DNA of 52,984 bases from a virus: positions 1 to 52,984 of the IMG/VR virus record IMGVR_UViG_3300028602_000019; one strand, 5' to 3'. Below the pieces are notes generated by a model. It made no database searches, was not told the DNA's origin, and worked only from the letters and a program-made list of their open reading frames with translations. This document shows positions 43,940 to 52,177 of the stretch, one piece after another; the stretch's first letter is position 1; the number at the start of each line of letters is the position of its first letter. Position numbers and translations under genes: made by a program.

Positions 43940-44582
43940 CTTTTTTTACTCCCGAATTAGGAGCATCTCCATATCTTTCATGAAGCTCATCCAATTTTTC
44001 AGATATATATTCCTGAGCTTCAGGAGGTCTGGAATTGAATCCATTGACAAATTCGAAAGTAATTGTGTTCTTTTCAGCATTACCTGCGTTGATATCCTGT
44101 TGCGCTTTGTATTTAAGATTATATTTCTCAGGCTCTTGTCTTTCAAGCAACCACATAGCAACATATTCTTTACCTGTTTCAGAACATCTATCATAAAGCA
44201 TATTGCTTATTTCGATAATGCATTTGCTTTTGGCTTTATCTGCACCTATGTAGAATCTACCATAATCACTCAAGTTGACATCTGATTCATCATCGAACTC
44301 ATATCCGCTTTCAGATAGCTTATTAACTTCTTCCATCCCTTTCTTATACCATTTAAGTATCGTAGCAGGACATACTCCTACATACATGGCACAAGCAGAG
44401 AGAGATACTCCATGAGCAAGATTATAGAAGACGGTTTCCATTATCTTATCATTGAGTTTGATAATACTGCGATTCTTACCTGACCTGAGTTCTTTCAATA
44501 CAAGGTCATCTATACTGCTTCCATCATATTCTTCTTGTTTTTCATCACTATCGGAAGAAGACAGAGGTTCTACATCATTCAT
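43929..44582 (-). CDS. terS: Terminase small subunit-like HTH protein
   Basis: Immediately upstream of and overlapping terL. HTH-like SLSACAMYVGVCPATILKWYKKG. Preceded by a late promoter copy. Confidence 0.55.
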   Translation of the reverse strand: MNDVEPLSSSDSDEKQEEYDGSSIDDLVLKELRSGKNRSIIKLNDKIMETVFYNLAHGVSLSACAMYVGVCPATILKWYKKGMEEVNKLSESGYEFDDESDVNLSDYGRFYIGADKAKSKCIIEISNMLYDRCSETGKEYVAMWLLERQEPEKYNLKYKAQQDINAGNAEKNTITFEFVNGFNSRPPEAQEYISEKLDELHERYGDAPNSGVKKDED

Positions 44583-44587
44583 ATGAC

Positions 44588-44616
44588 GCAGATGTTTATT
44601 TAAAAATATAAAGAGT
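44588..44616 (-). promoter_or_regulatory. Late promoter motif copy 6
   Basis: The minus strand reads ACTCTTTATATTTTTAAATAAACATCTGC, ~26 nt upstream of the ATG at 44582 (leaderless). Confidence 0.6.
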
Positions 44617-44637
44617 TTTATAATTCATCGCTTATAT

Positions 44638-44859
44638 TTAATAGAAATCATCACTTCTATCTAATAGAAACAGTCCAAATCCTCCGATACAACTAGACAC
44701 TATACATAATACAAACCACGATACAACCATCTTGATTGCATCTATGTCTCCATTGTAGTATTGCCAGAATATGTATAGGAATATACAGATAGAGAAAGCG
44801 AATACAATCAACGCAATGAATGCACCCAGTACCTTAAATACTGTTTTTATTTCTGCCAT
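44638..44859 (-). CDS. Small two-helix membrane protein (holin-like topology)
   Basis: From the ATG at 44859: MAEIKTVFKVLGAFIALIVFAFSICIFLYIF ... VVSWFVLCIVSSCIGGFGLFLL. Two hydrophobic spans. Function inferred from topology only. Confidence 0.45.
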   Translation of the reverse strand: MAEIKTVFKVLGAFIALIVFAFSICIFLYIFWQYYNGDIDAIKMVVSWFVLCIVSSCIGGFGLFLLDRSDDFY

Positions 44860-44960
44860 ATTAAGAGAATGACATATGCAGTATTTATATTTTATTAAGA
44901 AAGATATAAATATGAATAAACATATAAGGTCAATCATAGTTCAAAATATAGAGTGATATA

Positions 44961-45125
44961 ATGACAAAGATTATGTTAAAACCAACTTGTTTCTGTTTCG
45001 GAGAAGAACAGCCTGTAATCGCATATGACAGTACAAAAGGCAACCCAAATGTCAGAGAATATTGCACGATAGATTGCGGTTGCAGATATGATTGCATGAA
45101 GTGTGGTAAAAGGTTTAAAGAATAG
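44961..45125 (+). CDS. Cys-rich 54-aa protein (not in the ORF track)
   Basis: Translated by hand: MTKIMLKPTCFCFGEEQPVIAYDSTKGNPNVREYCTIDCGCRYDCMKCGKRFKE. It fills an otherwise empty 198-bp gap but is oriented opposite to its neighbours. Confidence 0.35.
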   Translation: MTKIMLKPTCFCFGEEQPVIAYDSTKGNPNVREYCTIDCGCRYDCMKCGKRFKE

Positions 45126-45135
45126 TAGTAATAAT

Positions 45136-45783
45136 TTATTTTTTATTACATTTTTCTACTTCTTTACATTCTCCTCTCAAGCAAGGAGGTCCAGCATTCT
45201 CGAAAATCATAGGAGAAATCTGTTTGCATATCTCCAACATCGAATTTGCCATATCTCTTATCTCCCACTGAGCACGATTACAGCACCTGAGTTCAAAGAA
45301 ATGTAGTAATTCTCTGGCATTCATCGTCATTACTATATTGGTGACACACCCTTGAGGGAAATAATAACGCACATCTTCTTGAGGTACACCTTTCGATTTC
45401 ATCATGAATAGTAACTCACTGGTCGTATCTTGCCACCTCCTCATCATGTTATCCAGTTCTGAGTCTACATTTTGTACTGAATTAGGAACAACCATCATTA
45501 CCGACCCATCAGATTTGACATATCTTTGACTTTGTTGAGAATATGATGCCATTCTGTGTCTTACCAACTGATGAGTACACACTCTGCTTATTTCCTCTAT
45601 CGAAAATGTAAAGGTTATATGTTCTAAAACACTCAAATGTCCGCTACTTAGCGCACGTTTCAATGCTTTTCTTTCTTCTGTCGGTTTAATCTCTGAAGGT
45701 TCGGTTATAGAATAACAGCTTCTCGCAGCTATTTCTGCTAAATCATCTGGATTTTCTGTATGAGCCAATAATACTACGCGCAT
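45136..45783 (-). CDS. thyX: Flavin-dependent thymidylate synthase ThyX
   Basis: The ThyX signature RHRMASYSQQSQR (RHR..S....S.R) is present, and the length is typical. Confidence 0.9.
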   Translation of the reverse strand: MRVVLLAHTENPDDLAEIAARSCYSITEPSEIKPTEERKALKRALSSGHLSVLEHITFTFSIEEISRVCTHQLVRHRMASYSQQSQRYVKSDGSVMMVVPNSVQNVDSELDNMMRRWQDTTSELLFMMKSKGVPQEDVRYYFPQGCVTNIVMTMNARELLHFFELRCCNRAQWEIRDMANSMLEICKQISPMIFENAGPPCLRGECKEVEKCNKK

Positions 45784-45885
45784 AGATGGAATATGTAAAG
45801 ATAGTATTTAAACTTTTTATAGAAATGTATAAATACACTTAAAGGATACTTAAGATTATATAAATTAAAGGTGAAGGAGATATAA

Positions 45886-46062
45886 ATGAACAGACTAAAA
45901 GATTTTACTTACGAATGTCAATGTTATAGTGATAACATCTGGAGATTGATAATTGGTTGTGGTATAGGTGATGAAGTTTTAGCGGATGAATATCAAAGAT
46001 TTACAGAATTACCAAGAGCTATTAGATATCAGCAGAATGTTGAAAAGGAAGTGTTAGAATGA
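45886..46062 (+). CDS. Small hypothetical protein (58 aa, below ORF-track cutoff)
   Basis: Translated by hand: MNRLKDFTYECQCYSDNIW...KEVLE. A GGTGAAGGAGA ribosome-binding site lies upstream, and the stop overlaps the next ATG. Confidence 0.45.
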   Translation: MNRLKDFTYECQCYSDNIWRLIIGCGIGDEVLADEYQRFTELPRAIRYQQNVEKEVLE

Positions 46063-46220
46063 CCAAATTCATCTGTAAGCAATGTAAAGTTCCATGCGAA
46101 TTAAATACGAATTGCCCAGGATCTAAAATCATCAAGACAATATGTCCTATTTTTGGAAATTCTGTTTTAGTTAAGGCAAAATGGGAAAAGGTTAAAAATC
46201 AAAAGGAGACAAAAGAATGA
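46059..46220 (+). CDS. Small Cys-rich protein (53 aa)
   Basis: Translated by hand: MTKFICKQCKVPCELNTNCPGSKIIKTICPIFGN... ATGA coupling at both ends. Confidence 0.45.
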   Translation: MTKFICKQCKVPCELNTNCPGSKIIKTICPIFGNSVLVKAKWEKVKNQKETKE

Positions 46221-46318
46221 ACATAGAAAATAAACCTTTTATTTTAAATGTGCAGGGACTTGCAGATTTTCAAATGAATAGCGCTGCAAGTATGCTTGGT
46301 CGATATGATATAGACTGA
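46217..46318 (+). CDS. Very small ORF (33 aa)
   Basis: ATGA-coupled to the upstream ORF. Too short to judge. Confidence 0.25.
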   Translation: MNIENKPFILNVQGLADFQMNSAASMLGRYDID

Positions 46319-46367
46319 CGGATATATAAAGATAAATGTTAAATTGGAAAAAATAGGAAGTGAAACA

Positions 46368-46712
46368 ATGACCAACTATTACAATGATTTGAATCTACAT
46401 GATTTTGAAATAATGAAACATGCGATTGGATTAGATGACAATACTTCTATAAGAAGAAAGGTAGGACACATCAACCGCAATTACTACACATCTAACGGTA
46501 AGGATATAACCTGTGAGAAATTAGTAAAACTAGGATGTGCGAAATTCCAGCATACAAACGATTCAGGAGCATATGAAGTTTGTTGCTATTCTATTACATT
46601 CCGTGGCATAAAAATAGTGCAACAGATTATGGGCATAGAGAGAATAAAATTAGAACACAATATATGGAACATGGGCAAAGGATTTCTGGATAAACTGGAC
46701 GGTGGTCAGTAA
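46368..46712 (+). CDS. Hypothetical protein
   Basis: The ATG at 46368 follows GGAAGTGA; the ORF track gives TTG at 46344. First of a run of coupled small ORFs. Confidence 0.5.
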   Translation: MTNYYNDLNLHDFEIMKHAIGLDDNTSIRRKVGHINRNYYTSNGKDITCEKLVKLGCAKFQHTNDSGAYEVCCYSITFRGIKIVQQIMGIERIKLEHNIWNMGKGFLDKLDGGQ

Positions 46713-46954
46713 TGACTATCGAAGATGGACATTTCAGAACAGATGGCAAAAGGATAGAGCCTTGCTGTGAAGGTATGAAAAATAGCTTGGATGAAAGTAT
46801 TAATGATGATTTATTCTATTATGATAAAGAAAATAGTACATATAACATATATGGAAGTGAACATAATGACCATAGTGGAATAATAATATCCGATGCTGAA
46901 TATTGTCCTTTCTGCGGTGCTAAGCTCGAAGATATGAATAGGGAAAGTGATTGA
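46712..46954 (+). CDS. Small zinc-ribbon-like protein
   Basis: TAATG start overlap. CC...(~50)...CPFCG. Confidence 0.45.
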   Translation: MTIEDGHFRTDGKRIEPCCEGMKNSLDESINDDLFYYDKENSTYNIYGSEHNDHSGIIISDAEYCPFCGAKLEDMNRESD

Positions 46955-47374
46955 ATGACACAGAATTATATAGATTTAAGTAAAGATTTCGAAAGAATTT
47001 CTAGAAACATAGGAGCTGCTGGAGACATCAGGGCTTGTGTATCCGATATGTGGTGCATGGCGCAGATTATTAAGAATCATCCTGAATATATCTCATCGGA
47101 AAGTATAAATAAATTACAGATGTATCTATTCTATGTGAATGGAGCAGTGGACATAATTCCTAAATATCTAGAGGAAACAAAACAAATCATCAAAAATATG
47201 ATGTGCGATACTTCTGACGGATTTATAATTAGAAAATATAATTGTGTGCCCATAATTCCAAATGAGAATCCTTCTCCTGTTTTCGAATTCGAGAACTCGA
47301 TAGAAAAGCTTGCTGAACAACTTGATGAATTAAGAGAATATTATAATAAATTGAGGGATGAACATGATAACTAA
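46955..47374 (+). CDS. Hypothetical protein (139 aa)
   Basis: Starts directly after the upstream stop. No motif recognised. Confidence 0.45.
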   Translation: MTQNYIDLSKDFERISRNIGAAGDIRACVSDMWCMAQIIKNHPEYISSESINKLQMYLFYVNGAVDIIPKYLEETKQIIKNMMCDTSDGFIIRKYNCVPIIPNENPSPVFEFENSIEKLAEQLDELREYYNKLRDEHDN

Positions 47375-47609
47375 ATTCTACTTGATAGATAACAGAAAAC
47401 AACAGACGAGATTGATAAACAGACTGAAAGAATTAATCAAAAATGACATGGTATTCACCAATCAACACAATATACAGATGATTATGAATACTACGGAAGA
47501 AGTAGATGATATAATAAGAGCAGATTGTAAAATCAAGAAGTTGTACTTAAAAGCATATCGCGATGTGATATGGTGGGATGAGAACGAATATCAGAGATTG
47601 ATGGATTGA
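47358..47609 (+). CDS. Hypothetical protein (83 aa)
   Basis: Overlapping, co-directional ORF. No motif recognised. Confidence 0.4.
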   Translation: MNMITKFYLIDNRKQQTRLINRLKELIKNDMVFTNQHNIQMIMNTTEEVDDIIRADCKIKKLYLKAYRDVIWWDENEYQRLMD

Positions 47610-47616
47610 GGACATA

Positions 47617-47856
47617 ATGACCATAAATATAGATATGGCAAAATGGTTAGAGCAAAATATAGGACATTATCCAGTACATGAAACCCATGTATCTTTCGAT
47701 TCAGAGGGTTCGATACATCTTGAAAGCTCGGTAGCTTTGTATATGTGTAAAGGGTCCAGCAGTACTGAATTCATAAGATATGCTAAAATAAAAGATAATG
47801 TATTGAATCTTGAGAGATATGATGGATTGATATATCCTATTAAGATAGAGGGATGA
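47617..47856 (+). CDS. Hypothetical protein (79 aa)
   Basis: Tightly packed, co-directional ORF. Confidence 0.4.
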   Translation: MTINIDMAKWLEQNIGHYPVHETHVSFDSEGSIHLESSVALYMCKGSSSTEFIRYAKIKDNVLNLERYDGLIYPIKIEG

Positions 47857-47859
47857 AAT

Positions 47860-48102
47860 ATGATTAAAATAATTAAAAACTACCCTGAGACCAAGCATTT
47901 AGTTCTTCAATGCGAGGATTTTGTAGGTATATTTTCGAGTATGAAGTCTGTCGATGACGGGTTGAAGCTATTTGTAGATTTAGATATATGGGGGATGGGA
48001 ATTATTAAAAAAGATACGATAATTCACTGGTATGATTATGAAATAGGAATGGGAATCTTCTCTAAGAATATACCCGATGGATGGAAGCAATATGTATCTT
48101 AA
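47860..48102 (+). CDS. Hypothetical protein (80 aa)
   Basis: Tightly packed, co-directional ORF. Confidence 0.4.
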   Translation: MIKIIKNYPETKHLVLQCEDFVGIFSSMKSVDDGLKLFVDLDIWGMGIIKKDTIIHWYDYEIGMGIFSKNIPDGWKQYVS

Positions 48103-48340
48103 AGGCTGTGCAAATCCAAATAATTATCCTGTGCCAACCTTTATCTTCTGGTGTGATGCTTGTAAGAAATTCCATAGCAATTGCAGGATTGGGTTTATGG
48201 ATGAATGTTCAGATTATATAGATTACAAGAGATATGTAAGAAGAAATAAAGATACGAACTCAGAAGCACATCAGAGATATCTAAGAAAAAAATATTCTGA
48301 ACAGACGATAAGAAAATTAAGGAGGAAAACATATGCATAA
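48092..48340 (+). CDS. Cys-rich basic small protein
   Basis: The ORF track start is 48077; the ATG at 48092 is an alternative. C...CDAC....C...(6)C cluster and a Lys/Arg-rich tail. Confidence 0.4.
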   Translation: MYLKGCANPNNYPVPTFIFWCDACKKFHSNCRIGFMDECSDYIDYKRYVRRNKDTNSEAHQRYLRKKYSEQTIRKLRRKTYA

Positions 48341-48560
48341 TTTAGATAAATTTGATAAAGACGCGTTGAATGAAATTAGGTCATTGGTTTATCGTATTGT
48401 ATTCGAAGATTGCAATTCGGAAGACATAATGATGTGCGCATTGAATATTTATTTCGCCTCTGAAGGGATTCTTTCTAAAGATTGTCACGAAACAGAAGAA
48501 ACGGATTTTAAATCCTGGTATGAAGAATTTGCTTTTAAGATTAAAGGTGAAAGAAAATGA
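48333..48560 (+). CDS. Hypothetical protein (75 aa)
   Basis: Overlapping start, co-directional. Confidence 0.4.
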   Translation: MHNLDKFDKDALNEIRSLVYRIVFEDCNSEDIMMCALNIYFASEGILSKDCHETEETDFKSWYEEFAFKIKGERK

Positions 48561-48811
48561 ATGATACAAATCCGATAGTCGTAACCGCGATGAATACTAT
48601 GAAATATGGCATAGTCATTCAATTGAAACAACATATAATGTGTTGTAAAGAGTTATATATACAACTTGCAGAAATAGATAAAGATAATCCTAATTGTACA
48701 GACAATATTGGCAAAATGTCATCACTGATGGATGAATGGATAAATATATTCGATGAGGGTTGTATCGAGATAATAAAAACGATAGATGAGCAGAAGGAGA
48801 TTGAAGAATGA
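48557..48811 (+). CDS. Hypothetical protein (84 aa)
   Basis: ATGA coupling. Confidence 0.4.
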   Translation: MNDTNPIVVTAMNTMKYGIVIQLKQHIMCCKELYIQLAEIDKDNPNCTDNIGKMSSLMDEWINIFDEGCIEIIKTIDEQKEIEE

Positions 48812-48832
48812 ATACAATTTGTAATCAAAGAG

Positions 48833-49294
48833 ATGCATAAAATGTCGGTCTTTGATTATCAGAAAGAAGCACACATCCTAGAGTATTATAAAGATGGAGC
48901 AGAACGTTGCAGAACGCACGATAACGACGTTATACGCGACCTGATATTCTCAGGCTACCTGAAGTATGGCGTGACCAAGAAACTCGTTCAAACGCTGAAG
49001 ACGACCACCGCAGGAGTCCAATATCATCAATGGATATGCGACAAAGGACTCAACACGGAATGTGAAGAACAAGGATTGCCTTTGAGAACAATGAGAGATT
49101 CATCTGGGTTGACAATTAATTTCACGGAACTAAGACCTCATGCTATCGTGGCAGGAATCAAGTTCTATGATGACAGACACAAATCTACTCATGTGTGTAT
49201 GCTCTCAAAGAAGAATATAGAAAATATGATTGATATATTGAAAGAAGAATTAAATATCATGGAGTACATGGATGATAAGGAAGTGAAGAAATGA
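48833..49294 (+). CDS. Hypothetical protein (153 aa) with a locally GC-richer segment
   Basis: Long ORF. By eye, ~48895-49030 is visibly GC-richer than its surroundings. Confidence 0.45.
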   Translation: MHKMSVFDYQKEAHILEYYKDGAERCRTHDNDVIRDLIFSGYLKYGVTKKLVQTLKTTTAGVQYHQWICDKGLNTECEEQGLPLRTMRDSSGLTINFTELRPHAIVAGIKFYDDRHKSTHVCMLSKKNIENMIDILKEELNIMEYMDDKEVKK

Positions 49295-49365
49295 CAAATC
49301 TATACGAAGAGACAATAGAAGTAATGACAGAGAACAATCTTTGTCGTGAGGTTTCATATATCTAG
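49291..49365 (+). CDS. Very small ORF (24 aa)
   Basis: ATGA-coupled to the upstream ORF. Too short to judge. Confidence 0.2.
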   Translation: MTNLYEETIEVMTENNLCREVSYI

Positions 49366-49381
49366 ATTGTATTATACTAGT

Positions 49382-49474
49382 ATGGACAAGAAATCTCTCA
49401 AGATAATCCTTGTAGCCGACCTTGCAGCTTTGGGCATAGTTCTCTGTGTTCTTTGTGCTAGTATTTTCGGTTGA
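49382..49474 (+). CDS. 30-aa single-pass membrane peptide
   Basis: Translated by hand: MDKKSLKIILVADLAALGIVLCVLCASIFG. Followed directly by a T-tract terminator. Confidence 0.3.
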   Translation: MDKKSLKIILVADLAALGIVLCVLCASIFG

Positions 49475-49478
49475 AACC

Positions 49479-49491
49479 TTTTTTATTTTTT
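49479..49491 (+). terminator. Oligo-T terminator (T6-A-T6)
   Basis: TTTTTTATTTTTT lies 5 nt after the stop at 49474. Archaeal termination typically uses T-runs. A new promoter-like box follows. Confidence 0.5.
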
Positions 49492-49505
49492 AATATTTTA
49501 ATCAT

Positions 49506-49535
49506 AATATATAAATACATTCAACCCATAACATC
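49506..49535 (+). promoter_or_regulatory. Promoter-like box related to the early/middle motif
   Basis: AATATATAAATACATTCAACCCATAACATC resembles ATATATATACTTTAAACCCTTTACT. It ends 9 nt before the ATG at 49545. Confidence 0.4.
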
Positions 49536-49544
49536 TTTGCAGAT

Positions 49545-49769
49545 ATGCAGGAACTTAATATGGTTGAAGCAAACAAAGATAAGATTTTCTCTCCTTGTAA
49601 AGATTGTGTCTTCGAAGGAAGCCCTAAGATAGATGTTGTATTCGGTAAAGTGATTACAGGACATGATATGATGTGTCTGAATCGCAATATAGATTGTGAA
49701 AAGAACAGATGTGGTGCATATCAATCATATGAACTACGAGAATACGGGGTTATGAAGAAGAAGGAGTAA
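49545..49769 (+). CDS. Cys-rich small protein (74 aa)
   Basis: Carries CKDC...C...C....C. Confidence 0.45.
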   Translation: MQELNMVEANKDKIFSPCKDCVFEGSPKIDVVFGKVITGHDMMCLNRNIDCEKNRCGAYQSYELREYGVMKKKE

Positions 49770-49772
49770 TAA

Positions 49773-50258
49773 ATGATAAGAGAAACTAAAGTTAAAGAAG
49801 ATTCTTATATAGATTTCAATAATATGCTATATGACCATACTTCATCAGTAGGGGTTAAGATGAACAAGATTGCATCTATCTTAGAGGATAGGGCTTTTGA
49901 ACACGATGCTTCAAAATGGAAAGAACCCGAATACAGTTTGTTCAGGCAATCATTCAGTAAACTCAGTGAGATAGAATATGGTACAGAGGAGTATCGTGAG
50001 AATCTAAGACAGATTAAACCTGCAATCACACATCACTATGCTAACAATTCGCACCATCCTGAACATTATGAGAATGGAATAGATGGAATGGATTTAGTAG
50101 ACTTGACTGAGATGCTATGTGATTGGTTGGCAGCCATTAAGAGAGGTAAGAACGGAGATATAATGAAAAGCATGGATTACAATGCAGAAAGATTCAACAT
50201 GTCTCCGCAGTTGACTAACATATTAAAGAATACGATAGAGAGGTATTTTAATGAATGA
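49773..50258 (+). CDS. HD-like metal-dependent hydrolase family protein
   Basis: HDASKW ... HHYANNSHHPEHY ... CDWLAA. This His/Asp pattern recalls small phage HD-superfamily proteins (from memory, unverified). Confidence 0.4.
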   Translation: MIRETKVKEDSYIDFNNMLYDHTSSVGVKMNKIASILEDRAFEHDASKWKEPEYSLFRQSFSKLSEIEYGTEEYRENLRQIKPAITHHYANNSHHPEHYENGIDGMDLVDLTEMLCDWLAAIKRGKNGDIMKSMDYNAERFNMSPQLTNILKNTIERYFNE

Positions 50259-50610
50259 AAATGTAGATGTTGCAATGACTTTAAAAAAATATTCATGTGC
50301 TAATTGTGAAAGGTGGGGGAAATGTTATTTATCTGAAGTTATTCCGTTAGCTTATATTTCCGATACTTTGTGCAGATATTATAAATCTTTTGAATATCCA
50401 TATGGATTCAAAGAAATATGTGAACTATCTCAGCAAACACAATGCAAATTCGTAAGCGAATATTTTGAAAAAACAATATGTGTATATACAAGTGACCCAC
50501 CCAGAAGGGCATATATTTATCATGTTTACAGAGGGAAATTATTTGATGATTTCAACAAACTTGTACAGTTTGATATGGATGAGATTTCTAGTAAATGGAG
50601 AGTGATATGA
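50251..50610 (+). CDS. Small protein, W-R-(V/I)-I tail family member 1
   Basis: N-terminal CANC....KC. The C-terminal module YGFKEICELS...DEISSKWRVI is shared with ORFs 50607..51200 and 51815..52162. Confidence 0.45.
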   Translation: MNENVDVAMTLKKYSCANCERWGKCYLSEVIPLAYISDTLCRYYKSFEYPYGFKEICELSQQTQCKFVSEYFEKTICVYTSDPPRRAYIYHVYRGKLFDDFNKLVQFDMDEISSKWRVI

Positions 50611-51200
50611 TGGAGCAAAGTGATGAAAACAAATTAGAAGTATATGTTCAAGCAATTCAAGAATGTAATGATGAATTTGACAGAAGTTTATTTCGTATGA
50701 ATGTATACGCATACCCCTCAGAATTATGCTTAGAGGTAGGAGATGAAACATCAAGGATATGTATACACTTAGATTACAAAGGATTTGATGAGATTTCAGA
50801 TTTTATTCAAAAACAAAAAGAGATAAGAGTAAACAAACTAATTGAATATAAGAGTAAACCTGATGAATGTGCTACTTGTAAATTTAACGAACCATTTGCT
50901 CAATGTAAACTCAATGCAGTTGCCAATATTTATTATTCTAATCACATAGAATGCGATAAATACGAACCTTATGTCGAAGAATATACGGTCTTTCCTTATA
51001 CGTTCCGCCAGGTATGCAGTATCGCGCATGAGCATAATTATAGATTCATAAGCAAATACATATGCGACCTCACAAAGACGAAAATAAGAGAGCATTGCAC
51101 ATATTATTTTATAGGGGATGACATTTATTCTGAAGATAGTAATGAGCTTGCACACATCTCATATAATGAGATAAACGGTATGTGGAGAATAATAGAATGA
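50607..51200 (+). CDS. Small protein, W-R-(V/I)-I tail family member 2
   Basis: ATGA-coupled start at 50607. CATC......QC, then YTFRQVCSIA...NEINGMWRIIE. Confidence 0.45.
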   Translation: MMEQSDENKLEVYVQAIQECNDEFDRSLFRMNVYAYPSELCLEVGDETSRICIHLDYKGFDEISDFIQKQKEIRVNKLIEYKSKPDECATCKFNEPFAQCKLNAVANIYYSNHIECDKYEPYVEEYTVFPYTFRQVCSIAHEHNYRFISKYICDLTKTKIREHCTYYFIGDDIYSEDSNELAHISYNEINGMWRIIE

Positions 51201-51571
51201 ATGTATTAGATTCGGTTGATATGGATACCATTGAAAATTTTCAGATAGAGATTACAAAATACAACGACACTCTGTTGAAGAAACCACTCATCGTATCTGT
51301 ATACATCACAGGGGGATTGTGGGTTTCAGAATGTGAGGATTTATCTTTGGCAGGATTTGGAATGACCTTCGAGAAGTGCATAGAAGACCTCGTAGAGAAG
51401 TTTGCTATCGTCATCGAGATATACATCCTCGATACCTCCCCAATGACTGCCAAAGCTTCGGAATACGCCTCTAAAGTGATGTCTTATCTGTCAGAGAAGC
51501 CTGTGCACAAGATACCCTATGAATACTTAGGCATATGGGGAAAGATGAAGCGCAAACTGTTCAACAAGTAA
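51197..51571 (+). CDS. HicB-like (UPF0150-type) fold protein
   Basis: GGLWVSECEDLSLAGFGMTFEKCIEDLVEKF matches the ..y.a.vpdl.g....G.T.eEa...l.ea pattern of the HicB N-terminal domain (from memory). Visibly GC-richer than its neighbours. Confidence 0.35.
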   Translation: MNVLDSVDMDTIENFQIEITKYNDTLLKKPLIVSVYITGGLWVSECEDLSLAGFGMTFEKCIEDLVEKFAIVIEIYILDTSPMTAKASEYASKVMSYLSEKPVHKIPYEYLGIWGKMKRKLFNK

Positions 51572-51602
51572 ATATAAATATTATAAACCCATTATTCTTT
51601 TT
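51571..51602 (+). promoter_or_regulatory. Promoter-like box related to the early/middle motif
   Basis: AATATAAATATTATAAACCCATTATTCTTTTT directly abuts the ATG at 51603. Compare ...TTTAAACCCTTTACTTTTTTT-ATG at 36507-36530. Confidence 0.45.
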
Positions 51603-51818
51603 ATGAATCCAGGAGTATCTATATTTATAAACGGATTGAAAATGAGCGAGAGTAATGATGATGATTCATCAGTATTTTATGCATGTAATAATGAATCTAA
51701 TGTAAAATGTGTTATGTGGTTCTCTGAATCCAAAGCTGAAGAAGCGATACGTATGCTGATGAAAGCATATCCTAGATTGTCTAGAATTGGATGGTTGAAA
51801 GTAGGTAAAGACATATGA
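51603..51818 (+). CDS. Hypothetical protein (71 aa)
   Basis: ORF directly behind the promoter-like box. Confidence 0.4.
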   Translation: MNPGVSIFINGLKMSESNDDDSSVFYACNNESNVKCVMWFSESKAEEAIRMLMKAYPRLSRIGWLKVGKDI

Positions 51819-52162
51819 TTATCGAAGAGGAAAATTGTGATTTTAAATATAGTTTCATGGAAGCTTGTGAAATATCATATAATACAGGATATTTTATGGT
51901 TCCCGAAACGAATTCGACGTGCGTAGTACGTATCAGCGCGTTAGGTTCATTTACATCAGATACAGGATATACTGAAGATTTAATCTTAGATTATGATGAT
52001 ATTATTGCTAAATGGAGCATATATATTGGCGAATACGATGACATGTTAGATGAGGTCAACATGGTAATAAAATTAAATCCATTTGAAAAGATTGTAAAAG
52101 AATATATAGATATAAAAAATAGATTAGAAAAAGGAAGAAAGAAATATTTAGATAATAAATAA
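51815..52162 (+). CDS. Small protein, family member 3 (module at N-terminus)
   Basis: YSFMEACEISYNTGYF...DDIIAKWSIYI aligns with the C-terminal modules of ORFs 50251..50610 and 50607..51200. Confidence 0.4.
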   Translation: MIIEEENCDFKYSFMEACEISYNTGYFMVPETNSTCVVRISALGSFTSDTGYTEDLILDYDDIIAKWSIYIGEYDDMLDEVNMVIKLNPFEKIVKEYIDIKNRLEKGRKKYLDNK

Positions 52163-52177
52163 TTCAAATAATATATT

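Noticed and set aside
45103-45306. 67-aa plus-strand ORF
   Set aside because: It lies antisense to the well-supported thyX gene.
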